Of a DNA stretch of 32,164 bases, positions 1 to 8,723 are shown piece by piece; the first letter of the stretch is position 1; each line of letters opens with the position of its first letter. Below the pieces are notes generated by a model that worked only from the letters and a program-made list of their open reading frames with translations, was not told where the DNA came from and ran no database searches. This DNA is from a virus. Taxonomy: Duplodnaviria > Caudoviricetes. Location: the IMG/VR virus record IMGVR_UViG_3300037424_000111, positions 1 through 32,164 of that record; one strand, 5' to 3'. The translations under genes and the position numbers were made by a program.

Positions 1-127
1 GTTCTACAGGTTCCTAGAACGTCATGAGCCCGGAGTCGTCTATCATGGTCTTTATTGCGGGACCACAGACAAACTCGGTAAGAGGGTGGCACTCACTACC
101 TTCCCGCAATACGCAGAACTTCCTGAC
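1..127. repeat. Terminal direct repeat copy 1 (127-bp circular-assembly overlap)
   Basis: 1-127 is identical to 32038-32164. 127 is a common assembler k-mer length, and the portal ORF reads in frame across the junction. Confidence 0.95.
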
Positions 128-898
128 GAACTAGAAACAATTCCGGGGAAGTTAACTGCTGTCTACGTCCCGAACATGAAACCAACTAGATGTTGGCGCA
201 GCAATATTATGTACGCTCCACTCGGTCGATCTGACTATTCAGGGGTCGAACCTCTGTTTGACGCTCTCGACGAAGCGTACACAAGTTGGATGAGAGACCT
301 TCGTCTTGGTAAGGCAAGAATGATTATCCCGAACTCCTACCTTCAGAATCAGGGTAGGGGCAAAGGAGCTACGTTCGACGCCGACCAAGAATATTTCCAG
401 GCATTTGAGATGCTTGGTGATTCTGCCGAGATGAAGGAAGTTCAATTCAAGATTCGTGTCGACGAACACGAACGTACCTGTAATTCCCTAGTACGTCAGA
501 TAATACGAGGGGCTGGGTTCAGTGCTGCTTCCTTCGTAGAAGACAGTAGCGTAGCTCTCACAGCCACCGAGGTGGTAGCCAGAGAGAAGAGAACCCTTAC
601 CACTCGGGACAAGAAGATAAGATATTGGAAGGATCAACTATCGTACATCTTGGGAGTTCTTCTAGAAGTAGATGCTAAGATATTTGGTAGCGGAATTGTC
701 CCTGAGAACCCAAAGGTAGAGTTCTCTACCGTCGTCAGGGAACAGCCACTGGTCCTAGCCAACACATTAAAGATTCTCTCTGATGCTGGTGCAGTCAGCA
801 CTTACCAGAAGATAAAGATGTTGCATCCTACCTGGACGCAAGAAGAGGTAGACGAAGAAGTTCAGAGACTTGTCGGGAGTCTGACAAGCGGAAACTAG
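2..898 (+). CDS. Portal protein, 3' part (full gene 31457 across the junction to 898, about 492 aa)
   Basis: In frame with ATG 31457. Motifs LGRSDY..VEPLFDALDEAYTSWMRDLRLGKARMI and TATEVVARE are typical of A118/SPP1-type actinophage portals. Lies between TerL and scaffold. Confidence 0.9.
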   Translation, partial: FYRFLERHEPGVVYHGLYCGTTDKLGKRVALTTFPQYAELPDELETIPGKLTAVYVPNMKPTRCWRSNIMYAPLGRSDYSGVEPLFDALDEAYTSWMRDLRLGKARMIIPNSYLQNQGRGKGATFDADQEYFQAFEMLGDSAEMKEVQFKIRVDEHERTCNSLVRQIIRGAGFSAASFVEDSSVALTATEVVAREKRTLTTRDKKIRYWKDQLSYILGVLLEVDAKIFGSGIVPENPKVEFSTVVREQPLVLANTLKILSDAGAVSTYQKIKMLHPTWTQEEVDEEVQRLVGSLTSGN

Positions 899-909
899 AT
901 GTTTCCTAG

Positions 910-923
910 TTCCCCAGGAGGGA
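910..923 (+). promoter_or_regulatory. SD-containing hairpin TCCC-CAGGA-GGGA in the scaffold leader
   Basis: TTCCCCAGGAGGGA is identical to 28583-28596; both end 7 nt before the ATG. Confidence 0.5.
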
Positions 924-930
924 TATAGCC

Positions 931-1572
931 ATGCCAGACGAAGTCAAGCCAGTTACTGAAGTAGAGACTAATCCAGATAACAAGACTGAAAATGTCCCCG
1001 AGTTTAGTCTCGACGACTACAAGCTTGAAAGAGAAAAGCTTCGTAGAGAGAATGCTAGTTGGCGCCGTAAACTTCGGGAGACGGAAGAGGAACGGGACAT
1101 GCAAGCTGACCGTGCGTCCCAGTTCGACAACGTACTCTCGGAACTTGGTGTTGAAGACAATGCTACCTTCGACCCTAAGAACTTCGCCGACGAACACAAG
1201 TCTCTTCGTGACAAGTACACGAAGGAACGGCTGAACTTCGCTGTGTGGAAAGCTGCTACCGAACACGGCGGGAACAGAGACCTTCTGCTAGACTCCTCTA
1301 AGTTCCAGGCCAAGGCCAAGGAGCTAGATGTCTTCTCTGACGACTTCACTGACCAGGTGTCTTCGTTGGTGTCAGAGACTATGGAAGCAAACCCAGCGTA
1401 CAAAACAAATGGCTCGAAGCCAGTGACAGCACCAAAACTAGGCACCGAGATTCCAGGTGGATCTTCGGAGGGCAGGTTCATGTCCGATGCCGAGATGAAG
1501 CGTCTCTATGCTTCTGGTGATACGGCGGCTATTGCCAAGGCATTATCTGACGGTCGTCTCAAGCTCAGCTAG
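931..1572 (+). CDS. Capsid scaffolding protein
   Basis: Acidic coiled coil with EKLRRENASWRRK motif; between portal and capsid genes; good SD. Confidence 0.8.
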   Translation: MPDEVKPVTEVETNPDNKTENVPEFSLDDYKLEREKLRRENASWRRKLRETEEERDMQADRASQFDNVLSELGVEDNATFDPKNFADEHKSLRDKYTKERLNFAVWKAATEHGGNRDLLLDSSKFQAKAKELDVFSDDFTDQVSSLVSETMEANPAYKTNGSKPVTAPKLGTEIPGGSSEGRFMSDAEMKRLYASGDTAAIAKALSDGRLKLS

Positions 1573-1622
1573 AACCTGCATGAAAGTAATCCATCGAGTA
1601 TTACACCTGGAAGGAAAAGAAA

Positions 1623-2456
1623 ATGGCAGTGACTACGTTCAAGCCTGAAGTCTGGGCCTCTGTTCTTCTGGAAGCCGAGAAGAATGCACATGTCTTCGTC
1701 GGTGTCTGCAACAAGGACTTCGAGCCGATGGTCGAAGGTGCTGAGTCAGTTCGTATCAACACCATCGGTCGTCCCACCGTCAACTCCTACACCGGATCTA
1801 TCACCTACGAAGCTGTGGACACGGCGTCGCAGGTTCTTCAGCTCAATCAGAAGAAATATATTGCATTCAAGGTCGACGACGTGGACCGTGCCCAGGCGGC
1901 CGGTAACTTCTGGACCGCAAACCTGAACGAGGGGGCCTACGCTCTTTCCGACGCCAAGGACCAGCTTGTTGCAGGTCTTTACACCGACGTCGCTACCGCC
2001 AACAAGGTGAACTCGGGTTCGGCAGTCGGTATTACTTCTGGCGACCTTGCCTACACTGGACTAAAGAACCTCATGGTGGAACTGGACGAGGCAAGTGCCC
2101 CTCGCCACGACCGTTGGGTTGTCGTTCCACCGTGGTACCACGGGCTTCTGTTGGACAACAACAAGTTTGTCGACGCTTCGGCATCTGGCAGCACCGACCC
2201 GCTTAAGAACGGGTTCGTCGGTCGGGCTCTCGGATTCGACGTCTTTGTTTCCAACAACGTGGTTCTCGTTACTGGTGACGACTACGCTGTCCTGGCTGGC
2301 AGCAAGTCCGCTATTACGTTCGCCGACCAGCTTCAGGTCATGGAAGCTGCTAAGGCAGAGACGTTCTTCGGTGACTACGTCCGCTCGCTCCACATCTATG
2401 GGGCCAAGGTCGTCAAGCCGTCGAGCCTGGCGTACCAGCTCTCCTCGGTCACCTGA
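1623..2456 (+). CDS. Major capsid protein (HK97 fold, P22-coat-like)
   Basis: FKPEVWASVLL start, IAFKVDDVD, RWVVVPP, VGRALGFDVFVSNN, LHIYGAKVVKP; GC-rich biased codons; follows scaffold. Confidence 0.9.
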   Translation: MAVTTFKPEVWASVLLEAEKNAHVFVGVCNKDFEPMVEGAESVRINTIGRPTVNSYTGSITYEAVDTASQVLQLNQKKYIAFKVDDVDRAQAAGNFWTANLNEGAYALSDAKDQLVAGLYTDVATANKVNSGSAVGITSGDLAYTGLKNLMVELDEASAPRHDRWVVVPPWYHGLLLDNNKFVDASASGSTDPLKNGFVGRALGFDVFVSNNVVLVTGDDYAVLAGSKSAITFADQLQVMEAAKAETFFGDYVRSLHIYGAKVVKPSSLAYQLSSVT

Positions 2457-2490
2457 TTCTTCCAGTACCTAAGAAGAAAGCAGGTAGGAC

Positions 2491-2778
2491 ATGGCTATTA
2501 CTGGGTCCACTTCTCTTGTGGACGACAGTCCGGCCGTTGCCCTGACTACAGCCGCTGGGATTCGTCGTACTCTTGTTGTTCGTAATCCGGCTGCTGCCCA
2601 GACTATTTATCTGGGTGGCTCTGGTGTTACGTCTGCTCTTGGTTTTCCACTAGCAGGTGGTGAAACAGTTACCTTGTCGCTCGGTGAAAACGATCGAGTA
2701 TGGGGAATCTGCGCCACTGGTGAGAGTACGACTGTCCGGCTGTTAGAGGCCGCCGGAATTGTTTTAACGATCGACTGA
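2491..2778 (+). CDS. Small beta-sandwich virion protein (putative capsid decoration)
   Basis: RRTLVVRN..TIYLGGSGVT...GFPLAGGE pattern; directly after the capsid gene with an SD. Function inferred from position. Confidence 0.55.
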   Translation: MAITGSTSLVDDSPAVALTTAAGIRRTLVVRNPAAAQTIYLGGSGVTSALGFPLAGGETVTLSLGENDRVWGICATGESTTVRLLEAAGIVLTID

Positions 2779-2803
2779 CAACTTTAAGGAATTGGAGAGT
2801 GAA

Positions 2804-3199
2804 ATGACTGCCGTTAGTTTGCCGTACGAATCCAGCTCGTTCAACACGTCGATCGCTAACCCTACTGGTACCGCTCTTTCGTTGGGTGACACCGACGGGT
2901 ACACGATCGCTGACGCAGTGCCGGAGGAGACCTTCCTCTGCATTCGTAATACTGCCAACACTGTCACGGGAACTATTATTGTCGCCGCTGGTGACAATCC
3001 TCCCGCTTCTACCGCTGGTCTTGGTGCTATTACCACTACCATCGTCGGTACCACGAATGCTCTCACCACTGGTACCAAGTGGGTCGGTCCGTTCGAGTCA
3101 GCACGTGTTCTACAGAACGACGGTTCCATGACCATCACGATTTCTGGTGCTGCCTTTACTGGCTCTATCCAGGTCTTCAGGGTCAAGCCGGCCGTTTAA
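2804..3199 (+). CDS. Putative virion/decoration protein, paralog-like to 4224-4568
   Basis: ATG 2804 follows GGAGAG; Thr/Ala-rich beta protein with KWVGPF...DG motif. Confidence 0.6.
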   Translation: MTAVSLPYESSSFNTSIANPTGTALSLGDTDGYTIADAVPEETFLCIRNTANTVTGTIIVAAGDNPPASTAGLGAITTTIVGTTNALTTGTKWVGPFESARVLQNDGSMTITISGAAFTGSIQVFRVKPAV

Positions 3200-3215
3200 C
3201 CAAGTGGTTCCGTCA

Positions 3216-3247
3216 CCCCCGGTTCTGGTCAGGAACTAGGCCGGGGG
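3216..3247 (+). promoter_or_regulatory. GC-rich intergenic hairpin with CAGGA loop (attenuator/stabiliser or protein-binding site)
   Basis: CCCCCGG..CTGGT-CAGGA-ACTAG..CCGGGGG with no U-tract; follows the highly expressed capsid genes. Confidence 0.55.
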
Positions 3248-3262
3248 CACATGGAGGAAAAC

Positions 3263-3478
3263 ATGTCTCAGGAAGACACGATCCTAGTAAGAGGCCCAGG
3301 TGGCATTTTCGAGATGAGTCTTCCACTTCCGGAAACTATTGCTGAACGTCTGGCAAACGGTGAGTTGGAAGAGATAGAAAAAGAAATAGACGACGAACCA
3401 AAACTAGTCAGGCCGTCTCCAAACTCGATACCACGTAAGAAGTTAGTCAGGTCAAATACTATTCAGCGACGTAAGTAA
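3263..3478 (+). CDS. Hypothetical head-region protein
   Basis: GGAGG SD at 3253-3257 favours ATG 3263 over 3251; fills the gap in the operon. Confidence 0.65.
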   Translation: MSQEDTILVRGPGGIFEMSLPLPETIAERLANGELEEIEKEIDDEPKLVRPSPNSIPRKKLVRSNTIQRRK

Positions 3479-3495
3479 CGGTATAAGGAGGAGAC

Positions 3496-3885
3496 ATGGC
3501 CTACGCGACAGTTGCCGAGCTGACCACGTATATGGTCACTCTCCCGGTTACTTCAGCAGAAGCAGGAAGGCTTCTAGCCCGTGCTTCTGAACTTATCGAC
3601 GAACTACTTATCGGTGCTTGGTACCCTGTCGACACCAGTGGACTTCCTACCGTGCTGGCAGACGTCAATACGATACGAGACGCCACGTGTGCTCAAGCAT
3701 CCTATTTCATAGACAACGGGGACGACCAAGGAACACAGAGTCAGTACGACAATATACGAATTGGTGACGTCTCCCTAGCTAGGGGTTCAGGGAGTAACGC
3801 ACTTATATCAAGAGCCGCACCTCATGCTATAACGATCCTAAGGAACGGTAAGTTACTCCCGATCACTCCGATGATTGTGGGGTGA
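3496..3885 (+). CDS. Head-tail adaptor (gp15/gp6-like)
   Basis: MAYATVAEL...LLARASELID...ATCAQA...IRIGDVSL pattern; strong SD; synteny. Confidence 0.8.
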   Translation: MAYATVAELTTYMVTLPVTSAEAGRLLARASELIDELLIGAWYPVDTSGLPTVLADVNTIRDATCAQASYFIDNGDDQGTQSQYDNIRIGDVSLARGSGSNALISRAAPHAITILRNGKLLPITPMIVG

Positions 3886-3889
3886 CATA

Positions 3890-4222
3890 GTGGCTAGTGT
3901 TCCGATGAACTTTCTAAGATTCGACATCACTGTTTATGCGAAATCTGGATCTGGTTCTTATGGCCCTACGTATGCAGCATCTGTCGTCACTAAAGCTCAT
4001 ATAGTCTTCGGTAAGCCTGTGACAGTAAATGTCGGAGCTAGTGAGGTAACCGCAGACATTGTAATGTACCTTCGTCCGGAGATAGTTTGTCCAGAAGGAT
4101 CGAAGGTTGTCTACGACGGGAACAACTATTCCGTCCTGAAATATACAAAGCATAGTGCTCCTGGTTTACCGACACCAGATCATATAAAGCTAGTGCTGGC
4201 GCCTTATTCTGAGGAGAGCTGA
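3890..4222 (+). CDS. Head closure/stopper protein
   Basis: GSYGPTY...PEGSKVVYDG pattern; follows the adaptor; GTG 3890 chosen as start. Confidence 0.7.
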   Translation: MASVPMNFLRFDITVYAKSGSGSYGPTYAASVVTKAHIVFGKPVTVNVGASEVTADIVMYLRPEIVCPEGSKVVYDGNNYSVLKYTKHSAPGLPTPDHIKLVLAPYSEES

Positions 4223-4223
4223 A

Positions 4224-4568
4224 ATGGCGACTAACATTCCGAGAATTACAGACGCAATCACAGGTATACTTCCGACTCCTACTGCTGCTGCTTCCACCAT
4301 GGAATGGGTCTGGCAGGAAGGTGACATGCTTGAGGTCAAGAATGCTCAGGGTGTTACTGGCTGCATAGTCACACTTACGACTCTTGCCGATGTCGACGGA
4401 AATGCTGTGGCAGACCCTACCGTTACTGTAGCCGCCGGTACCAACAAGAGAATCGGCCCGTTCAAGTCCTCGATTTATAGGACTGTTGCTGACGGAAAAG
4501 TTAATATTGCTCTGGACCAGACAACTTCTATCACAGTGGGAGTGACTAATACCCCTAAGAGCACCTGA
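4224..4568 (+). CDS. Putative virion/decoration protein, paralog-like to 2804-3199
   Basis: LEVKN...VTVAAGTNKRIGPF..DG motif; tightly packed with neighbours. Confidence 0.6.
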   Translation: MATNIPRITDAITGILPTPTAAASTMEWVWQEGDMLEVKNAQGVTGCIVTLTTLADVDGNAVADPTVTVAAGTNKRIGPFKSSIYRTVADGKVNIALDQTTSITVGVTNTPKST

Positions 4569-4921
4569 TGGCTAGGCGATCGAGTAGTTCTAGTGGTGGT
4601 ATTACTGGTATGCCGAGTACGGCGGCTGTGCTGGCCATGGTAACGAAGAAAGCACCTGGCACTATACAAGATGTACTGGACGAAGTATTACAGGACTCAA
4701 ATAGTATGTGCCCTGTAGACACTGGAAAACTTCGAGATTCTGGAAGAGTAGAAACCGATGGGTCTACAGGATCTATTACATATGATGCTGACTACGCTAT
4801 ATATGTCCACGAGGACATGTCAAAAAGACATCCAGACGGACAAGCAAAGTTCCTGGAAACTGCTATCGGAAAACACAAGAAGATTCTGAACAGTTTAGCC
4901 GACGGTATGCAACTGGACTAG
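4568..4921 (+). CDS. HK97 gp10-like neck/tail-completion protein
   Basis: CPVDTGKLRDSG, YAIYVHE and GQAKFLE motifs. Confidence 0.85.
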   Translation: MARRSSSSSGGITGMPSTAAVLAMVTKKAPGTIQDVLDEVLQDSNSMCPVDTGKLRDSGRVETDGSTGSITYDADYAIYVHEDMSKRHPDGQAKFLETAIGKHKKILNSLADGMQLD

Positions 4922-4931
4922 GTGGTGTTCC

Positions 4932-5390
4932 ATGAGCTTACTTATCGGCATAGCAAAATATCTAAGTGACAACGTTCCAAGTATGGGATTCAACCCCTCT
5001 GGATCTAATGCCTATCCACCGGACTCTACATACACTGCGGGAATCTATATTTTAGACATACCAGATTCTCCTGACAGAGCAATTGGAATGTTTCAGTATC
5101 CTGGGCAGGAGTCTACGCCGAAACTTGGCTACGACTCTCCTAATATCCAGGTCAGGGTTCGTGGTACCAGAGACCCACGTACCGCGATATCTATGGCTAA
5201 TAGTATTTACAACCAGCTCCATGGCCTGACAGAAACCGAACTGTACGAGGGAACGTACGTCACAACTTGCGTAGGTCTTCAGTCCGGTCCTGTATATCTC
5301 GGCAAGGATGCTAACAAGAGACACGAGTTCTCTTTGAATTTTCGCCTACAGATCAGGAATCCTTCTGTTCACAGAGAACCGGCGCAGTAA
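4932..5390 (+). CDS. Tail terminator / minor capsid family protein
   Basis: PDSPDRAI, PNIQVRVRG, QSGPVYLGKDANKRHEFSLNF motifs; precedes the tail tube gene. Confidence 0.8.
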   Translation: MSLLIGIAKYLSDNVPSMGFNPSGSNAYPPDSTYTAGIYILDIPDSPDRAIGMFQYPGQESTPKLGYDSPNIQVRVRGTRDPRTAISMANSIYNQLHGLTETELYEGTYVTTCVGLQSGPVYLGKDANKRHEFSLNFRLQIRNPSVHREPAQ

Positions 5391-5412
5391 TTACTAGCTG
5401 AGAGGAAAAGTC

Positions 5413-5850
5413 ATGGCAAGCGTTTCTGCATACGACTGGATCTTTGAAGTCGAATCTGCCACTCCCGACACCTGGCACACCATCGACGAAGTTACCGAGT
5501 TCGAGGTCGACTACGGTGCTAATAACGAAGAGGTGGACGCTACTACTTTCGCTGACGACGGTACTTACGCAGGTCGTGTTCTTCAACGTGGAGCATCCCT
5601 CAAACTGACTGGTTATTTCAGTCTTTCTGCCGGTGCCAGAAGCACGTCACAGGCTCGAATTCATGTACTGGCCACAGCGGTCGGTACCAGCTCGATCGGT
5701 ACTATCAGGTGGCGTCACACAACTGAGACGTCGTGGCGTCTGTGGGACTGCTACGTCATGCTTGGTGGTGCTGGTGGTGGCAACACCGACCTGACCGGGT
5801 ACGAAGTCACGTTCACTAAGTCAGGCGCTGAAACTACCGCTGGCGTCTAA
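5413..5850 (+). CDS. Major tail (tube) protein
   Basis: EEVDATTFADDG, LKLTG, GGGNTDLTGYEVTFTKSG; canonical position. Confidence 0.8.
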   Translation: MASVSAYDWIFEVESATPDTWHTIDEVTEFEVDYGANNEEVDATTFADDGTYAGRVLQRGASLKLTGYFSLSAGARSTSQARIHVLATAVGTSSIGTIRWRHTTETSWRLWDCYVMLGGAGGGNTDLTGYEVTFTKSGAETTAGV

Positions 5851-5863
5851 CAGACCATGTAAT

Positions 5864-5900
5864 TTAGTCCCTGGTGGACTAAGCCACAAACCCAGGAGGT
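5864..5900 (+). promoter_or_regulatory. Tandem pentaloop hairpins in the tail chaperone leader
   Basis: TTAGTCC-CTGGT-GGACTAA (5864-5882) and ACC-CAGGA-GGT (5890-5900, covering the SD). Confidence 0.5.
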
Positions 5901-5904
5901 CATC

Positions 5905-6258
5905 GTGGCTACAGATCCAGACGAGTTCGTAGACTTTGATTTTGACGAGTCGCTGGCAGCTAGGGAACAGATAGACCCGCCGAAGATTCGTGTTTACGGT
6001 AGGGTCTATCTTCTTCCCCGTGTCATGCCAGCTAAGACAATTCTTCTAGCTTCTAAGCTCAGGAAACGTAAAGGAGATAAGGCGGACGCGCAGATAGAAG
6101 ATGTTATCGCTCTGTTGACAACTATCTTTGGTGAAGAAAATCTTACCAAGATGACAGACGACGGAATTGGTATGGACGAACTTGGTGATCTTATTGGCCA
6201 TGTTCACAAAGTTTACGAAACAAGGAACTCGGGAAACGTCGAGGCCCCCTCAGAGTAA
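5905..6258 (+). CDS. Tail assembly chaperone (gpG-like)
   Basis: Between tail tube and tape measure genes; ends just after a slippery heptamer. Confidence 0.85.
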   Translation: MATDPDEFVDFDFDESLAAREQIDPPKIRVYGRVYLLPRVMPAKTILLASKLRKRKGDKADAQIEDVIALLTTIFGEENLTKMTDDGIGMDELGDLIGHVHKVYETRNSGNVEAPSE

Positions 6259-6272
6259 AAGGTAGAGGGGGC
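6231..6272 (+). promoter_or_regulatory. Programmed -1 frameshift signal
   Basis: G GGA AAC (6231-6237) in X XXY YYZ register, a 6-nt spacer, then a perfect 8-bp stem GCCCCCTC/GAGGGGGC (6244-6251/6265-6272). Confidence 0.85.
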
Positions 6273-6620
6273 GGTAGCGACGACTTCTGTTATTACGTCC
6301 GTAGATTCTGGTCATTACTCTTCGCAGACTGGCGACGAGAGTATAAAGCTGATCTAATAGAGGAACTTGACACCGGTATAGACTTTTGGTCGTTCGCTTC
6401 GTTAGTAAACGGTCTTTCCGAACAATCAAGATTTCTCTATGCAGTCAACAAATGTCCTAAGAAAGTTAGTAATCCAGATTCTATAGCAGCAATTACAGGT
6501 AATTATCTTGGTCCTGGAACAGAACATAAAGATCCTGCCCCAGCTCCTGTTTATTCAAGCAGACCACCAATTGACAAGAAAACTGAGATGGTCGAGAGAG
6601 CAAAGCGGGAGGTTGAATAA
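6231..6620 (+). CDS. Tail assembly chaperone frameshift extension (gpT-like), not in the ORF track
   Basis: The -1 frame is open to TAA 6618-6620, which overlaps the tape measure ATG. Encodes ...FWSLLFADWRREYKADL...IDFWSFASLVNGLSEQSRF..., resembling Gp15-type chaperones. Confidence 0.85.
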   Translation, partial: GKRRGPLRVKGRGGGSDDFCYYVRRFWSLLFADWRREYKADLIEELDTGIDFWSFASLVNGLSEQSRFLYAVNKCPKKVSNPDSIAAITGNYLGPGTEHKDPAPAPVYSSRPPIDKKTEMVERAKREVE

Positions 6621-8707
6621 TGGTAAGCATCGGCGAACTGACCGCTTCTCTTGGGCTTGACACTTCTGGATTTAGTAGTGCATTCGACGGTATCTCAGGT
6701 AGGTTAGGTAGATTCGGTGGGATGGTTGCTCCCGTAGGTCTAGCCGCTGGTGCTGCTCTAGCCGGTACATTCGTCGCTGGTCTTAACTACAATATGAATC
6801 TGGACAAGGCTACCGACAAGATTTCTGCTTCACTTGGTCTTTCTGCCGAAGAGTCAGGGCGAATGGGTGATGTCGCTGGTGGTCTCTACTCTAATGCCTA
6901 CGGCGAGAACATGGACGACGTCGGTGCTGCTATCGAATCAGTTGTTCGTGACGTAGACGGTATGCGGGGGGCCAGTAACGAAGCTATCGAGTCCATGACC
7001 GGCAAAGCTATGTCACTTGCTCAAATCATGGAAGTTGACGTAGGTGAAGCAACTACTGCCGCCGGTCAATTAATGAAGACAGGTCTAGCCAAGAACGGGG
7101 TCGAGGCATTCGACCTTATTGCCGCTGCCCAGACTAAGGGACTAAATCGTTCTGGGGATCTATTAGACACCATCACCGAATATTCTGGTCAGTTCCAGAA
7201 ACTAGGTCTTGGTGGTCCGATGGCCATGGGACTTATATCTCAGGCTATGCAAGCTGGTGCCAGGGACACTGACTTTGTCGCTGACGCACTTAAGGAATTC
7301 TCTATCCGTGCGATAGACGGTAGTAAACTTACCGCTGAGGGCTTTGCAGCTATCGGATTAAATGCCCAGGACATGGGGGCAAAGATAGCCGCTGGTGGTA
7401 CTACCGCAGAACAAGCCCTTGGTCTTACGTTAGAAAAACTCAAGTCTATCGAAGACCCTGTGGCTAGAAATGCGGCTGCTGTAGCGCTGTTCGGTACCAA
7501 GGCAGAAGACCTAGGTGAAGCACTGTTCGCAATGGATACTACTACAGCCGTAGCAGCATTGGGTAATGTCGGTGGTGCAGCCGCTGAAGCAGACGCTCAG
7601 CTTAATGACAACCTTGGTGTCAAGGTCGAGACTCTTAAGCGTAAGTTCGAGGAGTTTGCCGGTAAGATAGTTGAAAAAATTATGCCAGCAATTACCGGGT
7701 TCGTAGACTTCCTAACTAATAACGAGTGGGTTTTCTGGGTTATTATTGGCGTCCTAGGAGTCCTGACTCTAGCTTTCATAGCTATGGGTATCGCCGCTGC
7801 AATTTCTTGGGCTTTAGCCCTTGGCCCTATCCTTGTCTTCATAGCGATATTTATGGTTGTGGTAGCGGCAATAATAGCGGCAGTAATCTTGATAAAGATT
7901 CATTGGGAAACAATCAAGAATGCTACAATCTCTGCATGGAACTGGATCAAGGACACTATAGTTGGTGCCTGGAATGCTGTCTGGAATGCAGTTAAAACTG
8001 CTGTTCAATGGGTTGTCGGCGCAGTTGTCGGTGCCTGGAACTGGGTCAAGGAAAAGACGTCAGAAGCTTGGAACTGGGTAAAAGACAAAATCTCTGGTGT
8101 CTGGAACTGGCTTGTTCAGAACATCGGACAGCGAGTCCTAGATATTATTAACAAGTTTGTTGAACTCAAGAACGGTATCGTAGACAAAGCTACTGCTGCA
8201 ATAAACTTTGTCAAGGAGATACCTGGAAAAATACTAGCAGCTTTCGGTAATGCGGGTCGGATGCTCTGGGATATTGGTCGTAAGATCATGGGTGGTCTAG
8301 CAGACGGTATCCAGGCTGGTATCGGTTGGATAAAAGACAAGGTCAGTGGTATAGCTGGGAAGATCATAGGATGGAAAGGTCCACCAGCTTACGACAAGAA
8401 GATGTTGACTCCACAAGGCGAGATGATAATAGATGGTCTTGTCCGTGGATTCGACAATGGTATCCCTGGGGTAGAGAAATCACTCCGTGGCCTGTCTGCC
8501 AGTATCCCGATACAGATGTCAAGAACACCTATGGGTTCTCCCGGATCTATGCCAGGGTCGTCAAGCAGTTCTACTACGTTAATCTTTTCTGGCCCTATTT
8601 ATTCCGACTCGCAAGGTCTAAAGAGACTAGCTAACGAAGTTGGGCCACTTGTTCAACAGAAATTCTCTAAGAAGAGCAAGCAAAATGCTGGGAACGTCGG
8701 ATTCTAG
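6620..8707 (+). CDS. Tape measure protein
   Basis: IGELTASLGLD start, DLLDTITEYS / DALKEFSIR core, hydrophobic segment, Trp-spaced 11-aa repeats (AWNWVK). Confidence 0.95.
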   Translation: MVSIGELTASLGLDTSGFSSAFDGISGRLGRFGGMVAPVGLAAGAALAGTFVAGLNYNMNLDKATDKISASLGLSAEESGRMGDVAGGLYSNAYGENMDDVGAAIESVVRDVDGMRGASNEAIESMTGKAMSLAQIMEVDVGEATTAAGQLMKTGLAKNGVEAFDLIAAAQTKGLNRSGDLLDTITEYSGQFQKLGLGGPMAMGLISQAMQAGARDTDFVADALKEFSIRAIDGSKLTAEGFAAIGLNAQDMGAKIAAGGTTAEQALGLTLEKLKSIEDPVARNAAAVALFGTKAEDLGEALFAMDTTTAVAALGNVGGAAAEADAQLNDNLGVKVETLKRKFEEFAGKIVEKIMPAITGFVDFLTNNEWVFWVIIGVLGVLTLAFIAMGIAAAISWALALGPILVFIAIFMVVVAAIIAAVILIKIHWETIKNATISAWNWIKDTIVGAWNAVWNAVKTAVQWVVGAVVGAWNWVKEKTSEAWNWVKDKISGVWNWLVQNIGQRVLDIINKFVELKNGIVDKATAAINFVKEIPGKILAAFGNAGRMLWDIGRKIMGGLADGIQAGIGWIKDKVSGIAGKIIGWKGPPAYDKKMLTPQGEMIIDGLVRGFDNGIPGVEKSLRGLSASIPIQMSRTPMGSPGSMPGSSSSSTTLIFSGPIYSDSQGLKRLANEVGPLVQQKFSKKSKQNAGNVGF

Positions 8708-8723
8708 AGGGTGGTGCTGACAG

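Noticed and set aside
86-898. 270-aa ORF as a stand-alone or truncated portal
   Set aside because: It is the 3' half of a gene of about 492 aa starting at 31457.
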